DNA of 63,125 bases, filler included, from Octopus bimaculoides (GCF_001194135.2; 4 parts of 4 records of this genome joined end to end with filler, not necessarily neighbours in it), one strand, 5' to 3'. Shown: positions 35,030 through 49,252, counted from the first letter of the whole stretch. The notes: generated by a model not told the origin, from the sequence alone. Numbers and translations: made by a program.

Positions 35030-35374
35030 TTACCCCCTCCAAAGCTGGGTCAGTTTAGTACAGTTCCTAACTTGTTTTTCTAAACTTTCGATAACCGGAA
35101 AGGGTCAGCGATCACACTCCTACGCTATAAATAGCCGTGCTTGTTGACAGAACAAAGGAAATACCATTATCCTCAACAACCAGAATACGGTTTCAAACCC
35201 AGCTCGGGGAATAGGGACATAACATTATTTTTGTTTATTTATCGGCGTCTGTATCAATACATATGTTTATGCGTGTGCATGTGTGTATATGTATATATAT
35301 ATATATGTGTGTGTGTATGTATCTGTATGTGTGTATGTGTATATATATATATATGTATATGTGTATATAGGTGA

Positions 35375-35412
<38 letters not shown>

Positions 35413-35627
35413 TAAAAGGGTAAAGATTTATCAATTTATTAATTTATTAATAAATCAACAATTAATAATTTTTACCAAGCCCTTCGGTATGTAAGCACCA
35501 TTATCGGTGGAGAACTTATTTAAAATCATACCGATGACGGAAATTGAAATTTATCATTCATAATCCATCACCCTTCTTTGGTAATTTCAGAATGAGTCCT
35601 TTTTCCAGTTGTTCGCTATATCCTCAT

Positions 35628-35674
<47 letters not shown>

Positions 35675-36118
35675 CACTAAAGTAGTAAGCGGTTGATATA
35701 GAGAACAAAAAGTGAACAACATATGATGAGATGCAATAACGATTTATTGACATTGAGCGTTACACACTTTATTCCCATATCGAAGTTGCGAAGAAAATAG
35801 ATGAGCTGATAGTTTCAATATACCTCATCGTTAGCAACTAAAGCTGCCAATAAAAATCCAATTTGACGGAATGGAACAAGTAAAATATGCGCTACATATG
35901 TTTCTTAACTAGCAGAAGCTGAGGATGCAATTGTTATGCAATAAAATTTACTCAACATAAGTAATCATCAGACTGAGGTAACCATGGAGGAAAAGACGCC
36001 AGTACACAGGCATGCCTGTCTACATCCACAGTGCATACATCTCCGCGCACAGACATATACACATGCATATACGGACACACACTAACTCACACACATACAC
36101 ACAAACATATATATATGT

Positions 36119-36311
<193 letters not shown>

Positions 36312-36425
36312 AATATCGTATTTTCATCTAAGATGGAGGCGAGTACCGACATCCCTGTGGCAGGCTTGATAATTGTTGAGAAATATTCTCTCTCATGAAA
36401 CCAATGATAACCTTGGTTACCCAGA

Positions 36426-36465
<40 letters not shown>

Positions 36466-37065
36466 TACTTGAAACAGTTTGATTTGGCTCTATGCGACTT
36501 AAAGTTTCGTAGGTTTTTACAGAAACTTAGTTCTTTTCGAATCGAGTGACAGCAGAAGTCCAAGCTGGCTGTTAGAAAATGGACTGCTATTGGTCAAGGC
36601 GGGTTACATGATGTTGTTAGAAGATAGTCTGATATTTCAGTGACGCCAGATGCATGAGAAAGGAGAATTTTCTGGACCACATGGTTGGACAGAGAGCTAG
36701 TGGCACTTTGATGTTTGGTGGTTCTTTGAAGGGACTTTGAAATGACTTACAGGGCAGCAAAAAGATGGCCAGCTATGGTATATGAGTGTTTATATGAAAT
36801 ATATGAGCTGGTGGATGTAGATATCTAATGTCTATATGTATGGATCAACTATGCGAAGAGAGACAATTCTAGAGAAACCTAATCAAAGCCGAGACTTTAA
36901 CTAAAATACAGTCAACAATATTGACTGACTTGCGCCAGCAGACCGCCTACCTCGTGAAAATTACAGTAATATCAGTAACAGAGTTTAGGCATAAGCGAAC
37001 TTTAGGTTAGTTAAAATATGCCTGTGACGTATTCCAAATTCTAAAGGTAAATTCACTGCACTTAC

Positions 37066-37127
37066 CGTGGAGAAAGAAATTCTCTCTTTATGATAAAAGA
37101 GTGGTCCTCTGTCGGATTTCCAGACAT
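37066..37127 (-). CDS. Candidate first coding exon MSGNPTEDHSFIIKREFLSP+CG (TRAF7 or another gene; unverified)
   Basis: First ATG after an in-frame TGA, 20 open codons, then a consensus donor CG|gtaagt, in non-repetitive CpG-containing sequence on the TRAF7 strand. No homology recognised. Confidence 0.25.
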
Positions 37128-37628
37128 TGATGTTTCTAGCTCTTTAGCCGTAATCAATAGAAAATACCGAAGGGATGCAACTCTGGACAAACCTGATCAA
37201 CATTGGCGATCTACTGTCGCAAATCAGTCATTATTGTTGGCTGTATTTTAGTTAATACCACAGCTTTGATTAGGTCTGTCCAGTGTCGCCTCTGTTCGGT
37301 ATTTCCCCTCCACATACACATAGATCCTCACATACATGCCCACACACATTCATATATACATATGGAATATACATACACACACGCATATAAGCAGCGATGA
37401 AGCACACGAACTATTTTTTACTATAATGACACGCACACCACTACATGAGCGCAGGGTTTTTCCACATACACATACATATACACAGACTCATACACGCAGA
37501 GACCAACCATTTCAGATATTCACAAAGTTCAAGACCTGCCTGGAGTTAAGTAAAAATCTATATCACTTTGTCAGTTACCGGTTTGAATTCTGAAAAGAAA
37601 AAGAAAATATATTTTTTATTTATTTATG

Positions 37629-37918
37629 TACCCTTTTAAAGCCTAGCCAGGCTCATGGGCTCGGTTTCCCGGTTTCTATGACGTATGTGTTCCTCCCATC
37701 TGGACAGGACGCCAGTCCATCGCAGCATTACTCAAGAAGCAGAAATAAAAAGTCAGAGAAAGTTGGGGCGAAAGAATACAGCAGGGGTCACCAACACCCC
37801 TGCCGGAGCTTCATGTGCTTTCGCTCAAAAAACACACACAACACCCGGTCTGGGAATCGAAACCGCGATCCTCCGACCGCGAGTCCGCTGCCCTAACCAC
37901 TGGGCCATTGCGCCTCCA
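37629..37918 (-). mobile_element. tRNA-derived SINE (third family), well preserved
   Basis: A box TGGCCCAGTGG and B box GGTTTCGATTCC, followed by a non-tRNA body containing tgcgatggactggcgtcctgtccag, similar to V/Meta-SINE-like domains. Confidence 0.8.
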
Positions 37919-38881
37919 CCATATAAATATATATGTATATATATANNNNNNNNNNNNNNNNNNNNNNNNNNNNNNNNNNNNNNNNNNNNNNNNNNNNNNN
38001 NNNNNNNNNNNNNNNNNNNNNNNNNNNNNNNNNNNNNNNNNNNNNNNNNNNNNNNNNNNNNNNNNNNNNNNNNNNNNNNNNNNNNNNNNNNNNNNNNNNN
38101 NNNNNNNNNNNNNNNNNNNNNNNNNNNNNNNNNNNNNNNNNNNNNNNNNNNNNNNNNNNNNNNNNNNNNNNNNNNNNNNNNNNNNNNNNNNNATATATAT
38201 ATATATACACACACTCGCATATACATAAAAAGGAATACGAAAATGAGACAAGAACGCAAAACATCCTGACAGCTAGATGATACAAAAAAGGGACAACTAA
38301 ACATCCAGACAGATACAAAAAAAAAGGGACAACAAAAAACACGGATGGGTCATTCAGAGGTTTCTTTCCTCAATCGAGTTCCAGATTATCTTTGCAATTT
38401 CGGCTGGTTATACTCGAGATTGTTCCAATCTGGCCAGTCCCAAGGAAAAAACTTAGTAAAGGCCACTAGATTCCTTGGAAGAAAGCAGCGAATGTATACG
38501 AAAACATGGACGAGACAAAAAAAAAAACGGAGAAATGGTACACAAATACAAATGTAAATAACAAGACATAACAACAGGTGTCTTTCGACTAAGGACGAAT
38601 TAAATTAAGCTGGCGTGTGTGTAAGGGAAGACTTACGGCAGGGACATAAGAGATGACAGGCATGGTGAGGAATACAGATGTTGCACGGATGGTAGACGAA
38701 CCAAGAAAGAAAAGTCAGGCTTGGCCGAACATCTGTCACGTGCAGAGAGAGGAGAGAGGTAGAGGCAGAGGGACAGAAGAATTAGGGAGGGACGAGAAAA
38801 AAGGGACAGAGTGAAGTGAAAGAGGAGGGAAGGTGAGAATGAAGAGAAAGCCATACACACACACACACACACATACATATA

Positions 38882-39191
38882 CAGGGTGCGGTGAATAAAT
38901 TGTCGTCTAAATTACGCAAAAATAACAGATAAATTTACCAAAATGACATAATAATATCTTGAAATACTTTGGAGTAATTGAAATACTAAAGGGTATTGGA
39001 GCTTCTGGTGCGAATGCCAAGCAGAACAGCATGTCTTTTCCAAATTTCTGGCGGAGTGAATAGCGTCATGGGGCTGTTTTTCTCACAGACATTGCCCTAT
39101 TATACTATGTAGTCGAAAAAATCAGAAACAAACAATGCGCATGCGCGAAATTAAAAGTATAAAATGGCAACAGTTTACCCATCACACACTA
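38882..39191. mobile_element. Tc1/mariner-type MITE
   Basis: TA|CAGGGTGCGGTGAATAAATTGTCG and a decayed inverted copy CAACAGTTTACCCATCACACACTA|TA. Confidence 0.65.
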
Positions 39192-40799
39192 TATATGTAT
39201 ATCGTTCATTCTCTCTTTCTTTCTCTCACTCTATCTATCTATCTATATTGAAATAATCAGTATATGATTTAACTTATACAAAGTTCAACGAATTCATTCA
39301 TATTTCTGTAATGAAGGAAATTGGATATTAAAATGGATTATAGTTTTTATTTTTCATATTGGTATACAATTGTTTCATACAAATGGACCCAGATATTCAC
39401 AAATAGAACATCGTAATAGTTATATTTGTACTCCTCTGTATTTAATAGAAAGACAAGACATTTAAAGTACACAGGTTCTTTTCTTAGTTATCATTTTATG
39501 GGATTTATATATTCGTTCTTTCAGTCACGCTTATTTGAATCTAGACTAAAAAAATATAGAAAGTCGGTGCTAATATATATAATATTTAATCTGACCTCTT
39601 CACTATGAGATCCAATATGTATCTCCATTCAAACCTCCTTAAAAAAATGTTTTTACGGGTCAAGCTGTATTTGTATGTACGTTCGGAATTACCAAATAAG
39701 GAGGTATATGTTATTTCAAAGTCATATTTAATTTTTACTTAACCGTCGATTCTCCTTTCGACTATGTTGCACGCACAACGGCCGCCCCAAAAAAGAAAGG
39801 TCAGGCTTGGCCGAACACTGGTCATGTGGGAAGAGAAGAGAGAGAGGTAGAGGGACAAAAGAATTAGGGAGGGGCGAGAAAAAATGACAGGGACACAGTG
39901 AAGTGAAAAATGAAGTGAGAAGCGAAGGCAAGGAAATGTGAGCGAGGGGGGATGAAAAAACGAAGAGTGGAATGAACGAATAAGCGTGAAGGGGCTGATA
40001 GACAGAAATAGAGTCATACAAGATTTAGAAAAATGTGTACTTACATATAAGAGACAAAGTGTACGTACGCCGCTATATATATATATATNNNNNNNNNNNN
40101 NNNNNNNNNNNNNNNNNNNNNNNNNNNNNNNNNNNNNNNNNNNNNNNNNNNNNNNNNNNNNNNNNNNNNNNNNNNNNNNNNNNNNNNNNNNNNNNNNNNN
40201 NNNNNNNNNNNNNNNNNNNNNNNNNNNNNNNNNNNNNNNNNNNNNNNNNNNNNNNNNNNNNNNNNNNNNNNNNNNNNNNNNNNNNNNNNNNNNNNNNNNN
40301 NNNNNNNNNNNNNNNNNNNNNNNNNNNNNNNNNNNNNNNNNNNNNNNNNNNNNNNNNNNNNNNNNNNNNNNNNNNNNNNNNNNNNNNNNNNNNNNNNNNN
40401 NNNNNNNNNNNNNNNNNNNNNNNNNNNNNNNNNNNNNNNNNNNNNNNNNNNNNNNNNNNNNNNNNNNNNNNNNNNNNNNNNNNNNNNNNNNNNNNNNNNN
40501 NNNNNNNNNNNNNNNNNNNNNNNNNNNNNNNNNNNNNNNNNNNNNNNNNNNNNNNNNNNNNNNNNNNNNNNNNTATATATATATATATATATTTATTATA
40601 TTTATGTATGTATATATATAAATATGCATGTATATATGCAATGTTAGATAACAGTTTTACTTTTAGTAGTTTCTCTATTAATAGTTTCACCATGTATATA
40701 TTATATACATAGTGAAATTATTAATAGTCAAACTATTAAAACTGAAATTATTCTCTTATATTACATAAGAGATGTTTCATTTTTGAGACGTAATACTGA

Positions 40800-41015
40800 A
40801 ACAGTGTAAGGGATTGTTCTGGGTTCGAATTAAGCAACAAATTGAAAATCTCTGACCCATGAGATTCCATAGACCCTAAGTAGCGTGTGTGCAAAATTTA
40901 AAGGAAATCGGTTGGGTAGTCCTCGAGGTTTAGAGATGCAGCTATACAGACACACACACAGACAGAGAGGCAAATAAACAGGCAGATAGATATTCCTCAG
41001 TTATATATATATATA
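40800..41015 (-). mobile_element. Helitron-like non-autonomous fragment, same family as 190-418
   Basis: accctaagta.g..t.tg..aaattt.aa.gaaat.ggttg.gtagt.ctcgag.tttag shared with 305-370. Confidence 0.5.
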
Positions 41016-41430
41016 GGCGTAGGAGTGGCTGTGTGGTAGGTAGCTTGCTTACCAACCACATGGTCCCGGGTTCAGTCCCACTGCGTGGCATCTTGGGCAA
41101 GTGTCTTCTACTATAGCCTCGGGCCGACCAAAGCCTTGTGAGTGGATTTGGTAGACGGAAACTGAAAGAAGCCCGTCGTATATATGTATATATATATATA
41201 TATATATATGTGTGTATGTGTTTGTGTGTCTGTGTTTGTCCCCCCAACATCGCTTGACAAGCGATGCTGGTGTGTTTATGTCCCCGTAACTTAGCGGTTC
41301 GGCAAAAGAGACCGATAGAATAAGTAATAGGCTTCCAAAGAATAAGTCCTGGGTCGATTTGCTCGACTAAAGGCGGTGCTCCAGCATGGCCACAGTCAAA
41401 AGACTGAAACAAGTAAAAGAGTAAAAGAGT
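41016..41430 (+). mobile_element. Full-length tRNA-derived SINE (abundant ggcgtaggagtggctgtgtgg family)
   Basis: A/B-box-like head (gtggctgtgtggt, ggttcagtccc), ccttgggcaag-like core, internal (TA/TG)n and an (agtaaaag)n tail. Near-identical to 49253-49408. Confidence 0.88.
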
Positions 41431-41879
41431 ATATAGCTAAGCTATGATGGTGACGAACTGTTCTTGTTTGTAGTGTTTGTTTTCGGAGATTATTCTTGTT
41501 TTGGTTTGACTTCGTTATCGGAAATTGTGACACGTGATATTTTGGCAATCCCTTCCTTTAAAATAGTTTAAATAGGTGTATGTTACCAGCGTGGTAGCAT
41601 ACACGGGTTCGAAGGGGTATATTTGCTTCTAACCACGTTCTGCTGTCTTTCGAAAATCAGAAAATGGTTTGTGTGATGTAGTTTTACATGCGTTAAACAT
41701 TAATAAAAGCTGTGTGAATGTCACAGTTAAGATGTATATAATCATAGGTATAATCGATCAAGACTGGCCTGGGGTTAAAGAACAGCAGCAACAGCAACAG
41801 CAACAACAAAACAAACAAAACAACAGCAAGCATTAGATAATCGTAATTAATCAGTATCAGTCTAGTTGTTGAATGTTAA

Positions 41880-42110
41880 AAGATGAGGATAGTAACGATG
41901 ATGATGAGGATGATGACGATGATAATGCAATGAAGATGATATTGATGATATTGATGATGATGATGATGATGAAGACGATGAGGATGATGATGATGATGAA
42001 GATATTGATGCTGTTGCTGATGACTACGACGATGATGATAGTAATGACAATGAACATGACGATGGTGATGGTAGTAAAAATGATGACGATACCAACAATA
42101 GGTGTAGTTT
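41880..42110. repeat. Degenerate (GAT)n low-complexity tract
   Basis: gatgatgac/gatatt runs produce spurious poly-D/M/H ORFs. Confidence 0.85.
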
Positions 42111-42492
42111 GACCCATACAAGCACCTTCCTCTGTTAACAGCAGATCACATTAGCACCAATCAACGTTATTCACAAAGTGTTTTAATGTCACAGAGCAAG
42201 TAATTAAAATTGATCTCACGAATCTTTCGTGCTTACTAACTTCCTATGTTCTCTCTCTCGCTCTCACTTTCCCTCACACACACGCGCGCACAAGTACACA
42301 CGCACACAAGCACAAACGCACACACACACAACTACACATATATATGTATGTATAAGAATACATAGTACACCCATGCACACACATACATTATATATATGCA
42401 TGTATGTATATATATGTGCAGAAGTATATGTGTACATGTGTGTATATATATATGTATATACGTGCGTAGACATATATATATATACTTAAATG

Positions 42493-42620
<128 letters not shown>

Positions 42621-43274
42621 GATATATATACATATTCTTTATTCTCGGCATTATCTACCTTTCAACTAAAACTTTCGTTACGCGTTTTTTTCTTCCTCTT
42701 CCACATAACACAACTCGGTTTTCTGGTTCATTAATGTTAAGGACGTGATAGTTCTTCTCTTTTTATATATGTTTATTTTGCATGTTTTCTTTACTCTGTG
42801 CTCTTTTTTTTTGCTGCCTGCACTGATTCCTTTTCTCTTTTTATAATTTACTCTTAAACGCGATGTTACTTCAATGGAGATAATTATTGTAAAATGTCGA
42901 GCTGATTTTTTTTTTGTGCATTATAAGCTAGAGGTGGTGAGACGAAGTGATGAGGAGAAAAATCTCCAGAAAAAGAGAGAGATGAATGAAACTGAGAGAG
43001 ATAAGTAGAGATAGAGAATGAAGATCAACAATTAAAACGTAAATAAAAGCCTGTCTTGAAAAGCAATTTCTTGCCAATTTAGCGCTTTTCATTATTTTTA
43101 CTATCGTCGTCAGAATTATCGTCACCATGAAATTCAATATCATTATGTAATGATCATAACTAACCTACTAATCTTAATTATCATTACCATAATTATTATT
43201 ATAGCCACCACCAACAGCACTATCAACCTCATCACTATCACAACGTCACAACCGTAGCCACTATCGCCACAATC

Positions 43275-43545
43275 ATCACAACTAATAAAATAAGGTAGTT
43301 ACCTTTTCGAACCATGTCGACTCATAAGGGCCAGTTTCCTGGTTTCATGGCCTAAATATTTCCTGCCTGGACGGGACGCCGATCTGTCGTAGGATTACTT
43401 ATTTTCATCAACTGAGTGGATTGGAGCAACGTAAAATGAAGTGTTTTGCTGAAGAACACAATGCGTTGCCCGGTTCAGGAATTGGAACCACAATATCTTA
43501 CGATTGTGTTTCCAACACCTTAACCACTAAGCTACGCGCCTCCAC
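43275..43545 (-). mobile_element. Degenerate tRNA-derived SINE
   Basis: Minus-strand head gtggaggcgcgtagcttagtggttaagg...ggttccaattcc. Body related to 37629-37918. Confidence 0.6.
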
Positions 43546-44329
43546 AATCATAACCATTACAACAACCTCTTGCAATATCTTCACTGCGATAAGCAACAAC
43601 CTTCCCATTGTCACTACAGCCGCTACGTTGATGATGGATGACTAGCAATACAGCTACAGTTTTAGCCCTTAATATCCACACTACTTCTTCCATCATCATC
43701 ATTATTGTCATCTTCGATATCAATAAAATCATGATAGTTACGTCCCCAACTACAGCCACTGCCACCACAACAACGATTACCAACATCACTACACAACCAC
43801 TTTTATTATGACAAAACCTGTCATTGCCACCATCACCATGGTCGCCATTCTCTATCACTGTCAAGACGTATATCACCAACATTCTATCTCACTACCATCA
43901 CCACTGCCATCACCACTGCCATCACCATTATTAAAGCCATCATTGTTATTCTCACCATCTTTATTTGTGAACCAAATATTTATCCGTCAAGCGATTTTTG
44001 TCACGTATATATTAATTTTAGTATATACGTGCTTATATTGCACACTCTTCCGGATATGGTGCTTGTTACTGAATGCTAGCACCGGATCATTACGCGCAGA
44101 TGGTGTGTATCACTCCAAATTCGGTTATATAGACGCAGTATTCGATCGCCTCTTTGCTTTATTGACGAGGAAGATTGAAAAACAAAGACGATCTGGGTGA
44201 AATTTGAATGTAGAACACAATATAACTAAATACTGTACGTTATTTCATTACGGGTTTCAGCATAACATCAACAGTGTTTGGCTGCAACAATCTAAACTAA
44301 CGAAATAAACCAATCAAACACCCGCACTC

Positions 44330-45060
44330 TTACTTGTGCTAGGAATTCGACCCCTGTTCATGATGTTAGAATTTAGGAAAAGAAGGCTAACGCAGGCAAC
44401 TTTGACGTGTGAATGGTGCAAGAGAGTATGCAATTAATTTAGGGTTGAAAGAAATTTCATTTAATACTATAAAGAATATTTAGAGATGATGGTCGTTTAA
44501 TATCGGAAGGGAAACTGGTCAGCATGTAAATATATGTCGAAAATAGAATACTTATTAAGTGGCTTGAACCTTAAAATTAAAATAAGCACGTATCTAACAA
44601 TTGTTTAATTCTGAACCTGACTTTCAACTGAAACTGGGAAATGTCAAACATATACGAACTCAGCGATACCAAGCTGTATATAAAAAACAAAGTAATTCAT
44701 TAAATATAATCTCGAAAATCTAAACAACAATTTACATAAGCAAATGTCAAATATTTCCCAGCATGAGGCATCTTTCAACAGACGTTGAATGCATTTAACA
44801 ATGTTCTAAGAGCAAGTGGTTTAAAGGAGACAGTTGAAGAATAACAGGCAAGTTAAATTTAAAAAAGGAACTTGTAACAAGAAAATTCTGTGAATTATCC
44901 TCCGGTTTTGATTTACGGTAAGAACAAAAATAAGCAAAGTCTTTATCCATCAAGTAAGAAAATAATTTCTGTCGATCATAATTATAGGAAAATATTGAAA
45001 CATTATCAGTAAATATTGAAACATTATTAGTACTACATACTTAACGCGTGTTGTTCAAAA
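44330..45060 (+). pseudogene. Heavily decayed Penelope-like reverse transcriptase
   Basis: Frameshifted FDV..G..G....C.L.GL, FRDDG (YRDDG motif), FLNLTF, EASFN...FNNVLRASGLKE, and a KIL.NYPP-like stretch typical of PLE RT C-termini. Confidence 0.62.
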
Positions 45061-46510
45061 GCGAGAAGCAGTGATCTGCGTCCGGAAAAAATCTCTTTAA
45101 AAAGTTATTGTGTTAAAAGACCCCAGTATACTTCAGATCTAGGAGAAACGAAATCGGCCTAAAAGTGGTCACTAGAGTAGTAGATACCGTATTTCGCCGT
45201 AATGGTGGTGTATCAATGATGCGCGTTCACGTCACCTCTGAGACGAAATCGAAAGCTCTAGTCTGATTTCGTTTAAGAGATGGCATGAGTGCACGTCATT
45301 ATTAAGCCGCTAGTAAAGCGAAATATGGTACCTATCATTCTCGTGAGCACTTCTGGGTGATTTCATTTCACCGAGCTTTCAAATATAGTATGTTTCTTTA
45401 AAATTAAACGTCTTTAAAGAGATTTTTCCTGGACAAAAACTGCTGCTTAATGTATGTGTGTAAACAACATACATACACCAAGTATGCGATACTAGTAATG
45501 TTTGCATCATAGAGCTATTTCTATTGAATGATCTTAAAAATATTTAACATAAAGTCACACAAAATAAGCTATTTTAGAACAGCAAATTTTGTGAATTCAG
45601 TAACTTCCACGAAAAATGACATAATTTAATTTGTAATATTTCTCTGTCAATTTTGTTAGAAATACTATAAATAAAATAAACGAATCTCTAATAGCTTATA
45701 TGTTTGACTTCATTCGATATTTCATTTGTTAGTTTTCTTTTGAATGATATAACTGTTGCTTGTATAATCGATTATGTCTTCGATTCCAATAAAGCATTAC
45801 ACATGTTAACTGTAGCACTCAATGTAACTTTTATTTATAAATGAAAAGAAAACTAATTACCTAGTAACTGAATATAGAACGCAACATAAAAGTTGAATTA
45901 AATATTTATGAGAGTAGATTAAATATTTAAGTAGATTTAAGAATTCAAGTTAAACATTTGTTTGTTAAAAGGTTACAAGCACTTCGATGTGTTGGCAAGT
46001 AAGTCTTTTGTGACTGTCATGTAAAACACGTTTTGAATGTTGAAAATCGGTGTTGTTTTAATTTGAAGAATAGAATTATCGATGAAAACTAACGATAAAG
46101 ATTCCATAAGAATGACAAGAGTGAAATTGTGTTCAGTATTATGAAGCAGTTTTATTTTAAAGTATGCATGCTTTTTTTTTTATTAATCCCTTTGTGCACC
46201 ATACCAAGTATTAGATGGTTTTCACGAAAATTAATCAGTACAATTCTTTTGAGTGTATTATTTCGCGATAGTCTGGTACATTTTTAATTGTTTTGAAAAT
46301 GCCTGCATCTAGATGTTAGAACGGTTTTTCCTAAAACCAGAAGTTTAATGCAAATAGCAGTAAATCTGGCGCTGCATTTAGATAGTAGCTATTTATACAC
46401 CGACAAAGTCATAAACAATTAGCAATTTTTAGACGCACACACATTCCCAGTAACAAATAATTGGACTCTACTACATTTTGAAGTCGCGAACTGGCACACA
46501 CACACACACA

Positions 46511-46555
<45 letters not shown>

Positions 46556-46603
46556 TTAATCACGTTTTGAAATGAATGTTCATTCATATTTATATTCCCA
46601 CTG

Positions 46604-46830
46604 GAAGGCGAGATGATTGAATCGTCAGAGTTGGATAAAATACTTCACGGCATTTTTACTGGCGCTTTATATTCTGAGCTGAACTTCTGCCGAGTTTAAC
46701 TCAGAATTTTATCCCTTCGAGGTCGATAAAATTAAGTACCAGTTAAGTACTGGTGTCGATGTAATCGACTAACAAACCTCTCCTAAAAATGTTGCTGCCA
46801 TGTAACTAAATCAAAAGTAATATTAATGTG
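46604..46830 (+). mobile_element. SINE (ggcgagctggcagaatc family)
   Basis: ttctgagctgaacttctgccgag...tttcatccc.tcgaggtcgataaaattaagtaccagtt...gtcgatgtaatcgact. A weaker second copy follows at about 46840-47045. Confidence 0.7.
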
Positions 46831-47436
46831 TACTCAAAATGTTTGGGCGACGATGTGACTCGCTAAAGCATCGGAAAAAATGTTTTGTAGTATGTGTTCC
46901 AGCTCTTTACGCTTCGAATTCAAATCTCTCTGAGATCAAATTTGTCTCTCTGTGGTTTATAAATAAAGTCCACCTGTAATGTAGGGGTTAGTGCAGTACT
47001 AACCCCTACCCTTAGAATTGCTGGCCGTGTTCGTTAATCAGAAAATAATATTGACACATCCTCACACATGGACATATACTAAAAATATAACTTTAATTTG
47101 CGAACTTTTTATTTAATGAATATACAGTAATTACTTGTGAGTACATATTTGAAATTTCATGTTAGCAATACTCTGACAAATTTCAGATTGTTACAATCTA
47201 CGAATACTACGCTCCACCATGTGTAGTACTGTTGGACAATATATCCTTTGAATAAATTATATACTCGCAGAACTTCAGTTCACACTTGGTTTTATTATAT
47301 AAAATTTGTGTTTTAAAATGATCTAGATTGAAAATCTTCAAAACTGCATCGTAATTTATGTTCCAAACACCAAATTAAAGACAGTCATTTTACTAATACT
47401 TCATTATTTTAAAAATTAATTTTAAATGGCAGTTTT

Positions 47437-47745
47437 GGCGCAGACATGGCTAAATGGTTAAGGAGCTTATTTTTGCAACCACATGGTTTTAAGTTCAGCC
47501 CCATTGCAAGTGTTTTCTACAATAGTACCGAGCCGACCAATGCCTTGTAATAGGATTTGGTACACGGAAACTGTGTGGAAGCCCATGGGATATATATCTA
47601 TATATGTGTGTTTGTGTGTCTTTGTGATTGTGTTTGTCCATCAAAACCATCGCCTGAAAACCGGTATTGGTTTGTTTATGTCACCTTAACTTAGCTATTC
47701 GACCAAAGGACCCAGATAAAATATATATCAAACTTATAAAAAGAA
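47437..47745 (+). mobile_element. Diverged copy of the 41016-type SINE
   Basis: aaccacatggttt.aagttcagccc, caagtgttttctac.atag, gatttggta.acggaaactg. Confidence 0.7.
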
Positions 47746-48668
47746 CTAAATGAGTACTTGAGTACTCGAGTGGATGATAACGAAAGAGTCATATTTTTGC
47801 GAATACTAAACGACATGGGTGTATTTTAGTAAACTGATGTTTTATGGTTTACGTTAGCTATCATATTCGCCGTTGCCGAACTTTTTACTGGAAATATTTA
47901 TTCTGAATTTGGCGTAATCCCCTTATTTTTATTAGAATTATTACATGATTTTGACATTGGAGATAGTTTTCTGCCCATTGTATTTCCTTTTTATTCACCT
48001 CCATTTTAGTTTCAATCATAAAACGCAAAACATATATAAAATACCATGTATGTATATACGCGTGGGACTATGAATATTTATGTGTGAGTGTATGTGTGTG
48101 TATGTATGTGTTTGTGTGTGTGCGTGAGTGAATGTGCGTGTGTATGTGCGTGTGTAAGCAGAGTCGTTGGACCTTTCGGACAGAAAGTACTGAAAGGGCT
48201 GTTTCGGTCCTCTTTCTTCTGAGTTAAAATCGTGCTGAAGTGAAATGTTTTTCATCTGTTAGGGGTCGTCGATAAATAAAGTACAACCCACTCTCCCTAT
48301 CTCCTTCACTTCGTAAATTTTCTGTTCATAGATTCGTGTAACATAATTCTGTTAGCGAAGGCATTTTACATACTGACGCCAAATAATTCCCCATTGCGAA
48401 TGACGTCCGTATGCTTGTTGAATGAAACGAACCCAATACTTATTTTTTTGTCTTTCTAAGCCTAGTACATATTCTATCGGTTTCTTTGCCGAACCGCTAA
48501 TTTACGAGGTCATAAACCAACCGACACCAGTTGTCACGCTGTGATCACACACACACACACACACACACNNNNNNNNNNNNNNNNNNNNNNNNNNNNNNNN
48601 NNNNNNNNNNNNNNNNNNNNNNNNNNNNNNNNNNNNNNNNNNNNNNNNNNNNNNNNNNNNNNNNNNNN

Positions 48669-49164
48669 TACTGTTATGATGCAGAGACAAAGAACGGAGT
48701 GCACAATGAAAGCATTCTGGTATCCCCAGACACAAGAAGGCCAAGCAAAGCGTGTCCATCGGAAAGCTCATTAGGATCCCCTTTTCTGACAGCAAGGGCA
48801 TCATCTACAGTCACTGGGTTCACTCAGAACAGAGAGTCAACAAAAAGTACTTTTTGGAGGTTTTGAGGGAGTTCAGGAAGAGATTTCGTTGCAGAAGGCC
48901 AGAGTTTATCCATTCTGGTCAACAGCACCTGCACCAGGTTAAAGCACCAGTCCACAATTCTATCCTGGTAACAACTACTTAAGAGAGATGGGCCTCAAAT
49001 TTAGTCTTTCACTCTCTATGGATCCTGCACAGAGTGAGTGGATCGCTACAAGTGCATTGAAATCAGAATCCTACTTTAAAGAATATTAGCGTTTTGTACA
49101 TTGAAATTTGATTTTAATAAATGTTACTCCTGAAAGTCTCAAAGTTTCTGCAATGTACCTCATA
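48669..49164 (+). mobile_element. Mariner transposase fragment with right end
   Basis: FSDSKGIIYSHWV...QRVNKKYFLEVLREFRKRFRCRRPE...HLHQVKAPVHNS matches the mariner FFD.KG...HHDNAP.H region. Decayed TIR-like end gtacctca|TA. Confidence 0.8.
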
Positions 49165-49252
49165 TGTGTGTGTGTTCTATATGGCTGACCAAGATATAAA
49201 CTGCAATACGTCAATATGTGTACTTTTTTAATTTACAGAAAGTTACAAAAGT

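Noticed and set aside
35475-35512. Second hammerhead-like motif on the minus strand (ccgataa-tggt...acc-gaag)
   Set aside because: Three core mismatches and no helix III or NUH triplet. The gaaacgtc at about 32941-32948 likewise lacks a CUGANGA partner.
36760-36782. Possible 22-nt minus-strand exon ag|ctggcc...gccct|gtaagt
   Set aside because: Very short, with a poor exon-side donor context and no homology; such matches are expected by chance.
37845-37918. tRNA-like sequence with A and B boxes
   Set aside because: It continues directly into a SINE body, has related copies in the window and lacks a closed acceptor stem. It is a SINE head, not a tRNA gene.
41857-42121. Poly-Asp/Met/His ORFs on both strands, and complementary CAT-rich tracts at 43140-43960
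   Set aside because: Degenerate trinucleotide low complexity with no splice or homology support. Any fold-back between the tracts is non-specific.
45186-45210. TACCGTATTTCGCCG Tigger/pogo-like TIR start, and a Tc1-like end caccgccctgTA at about 61055-61068
   Set aside because: No matching partner TIR could be located for either, so no element boundaries can be supported.
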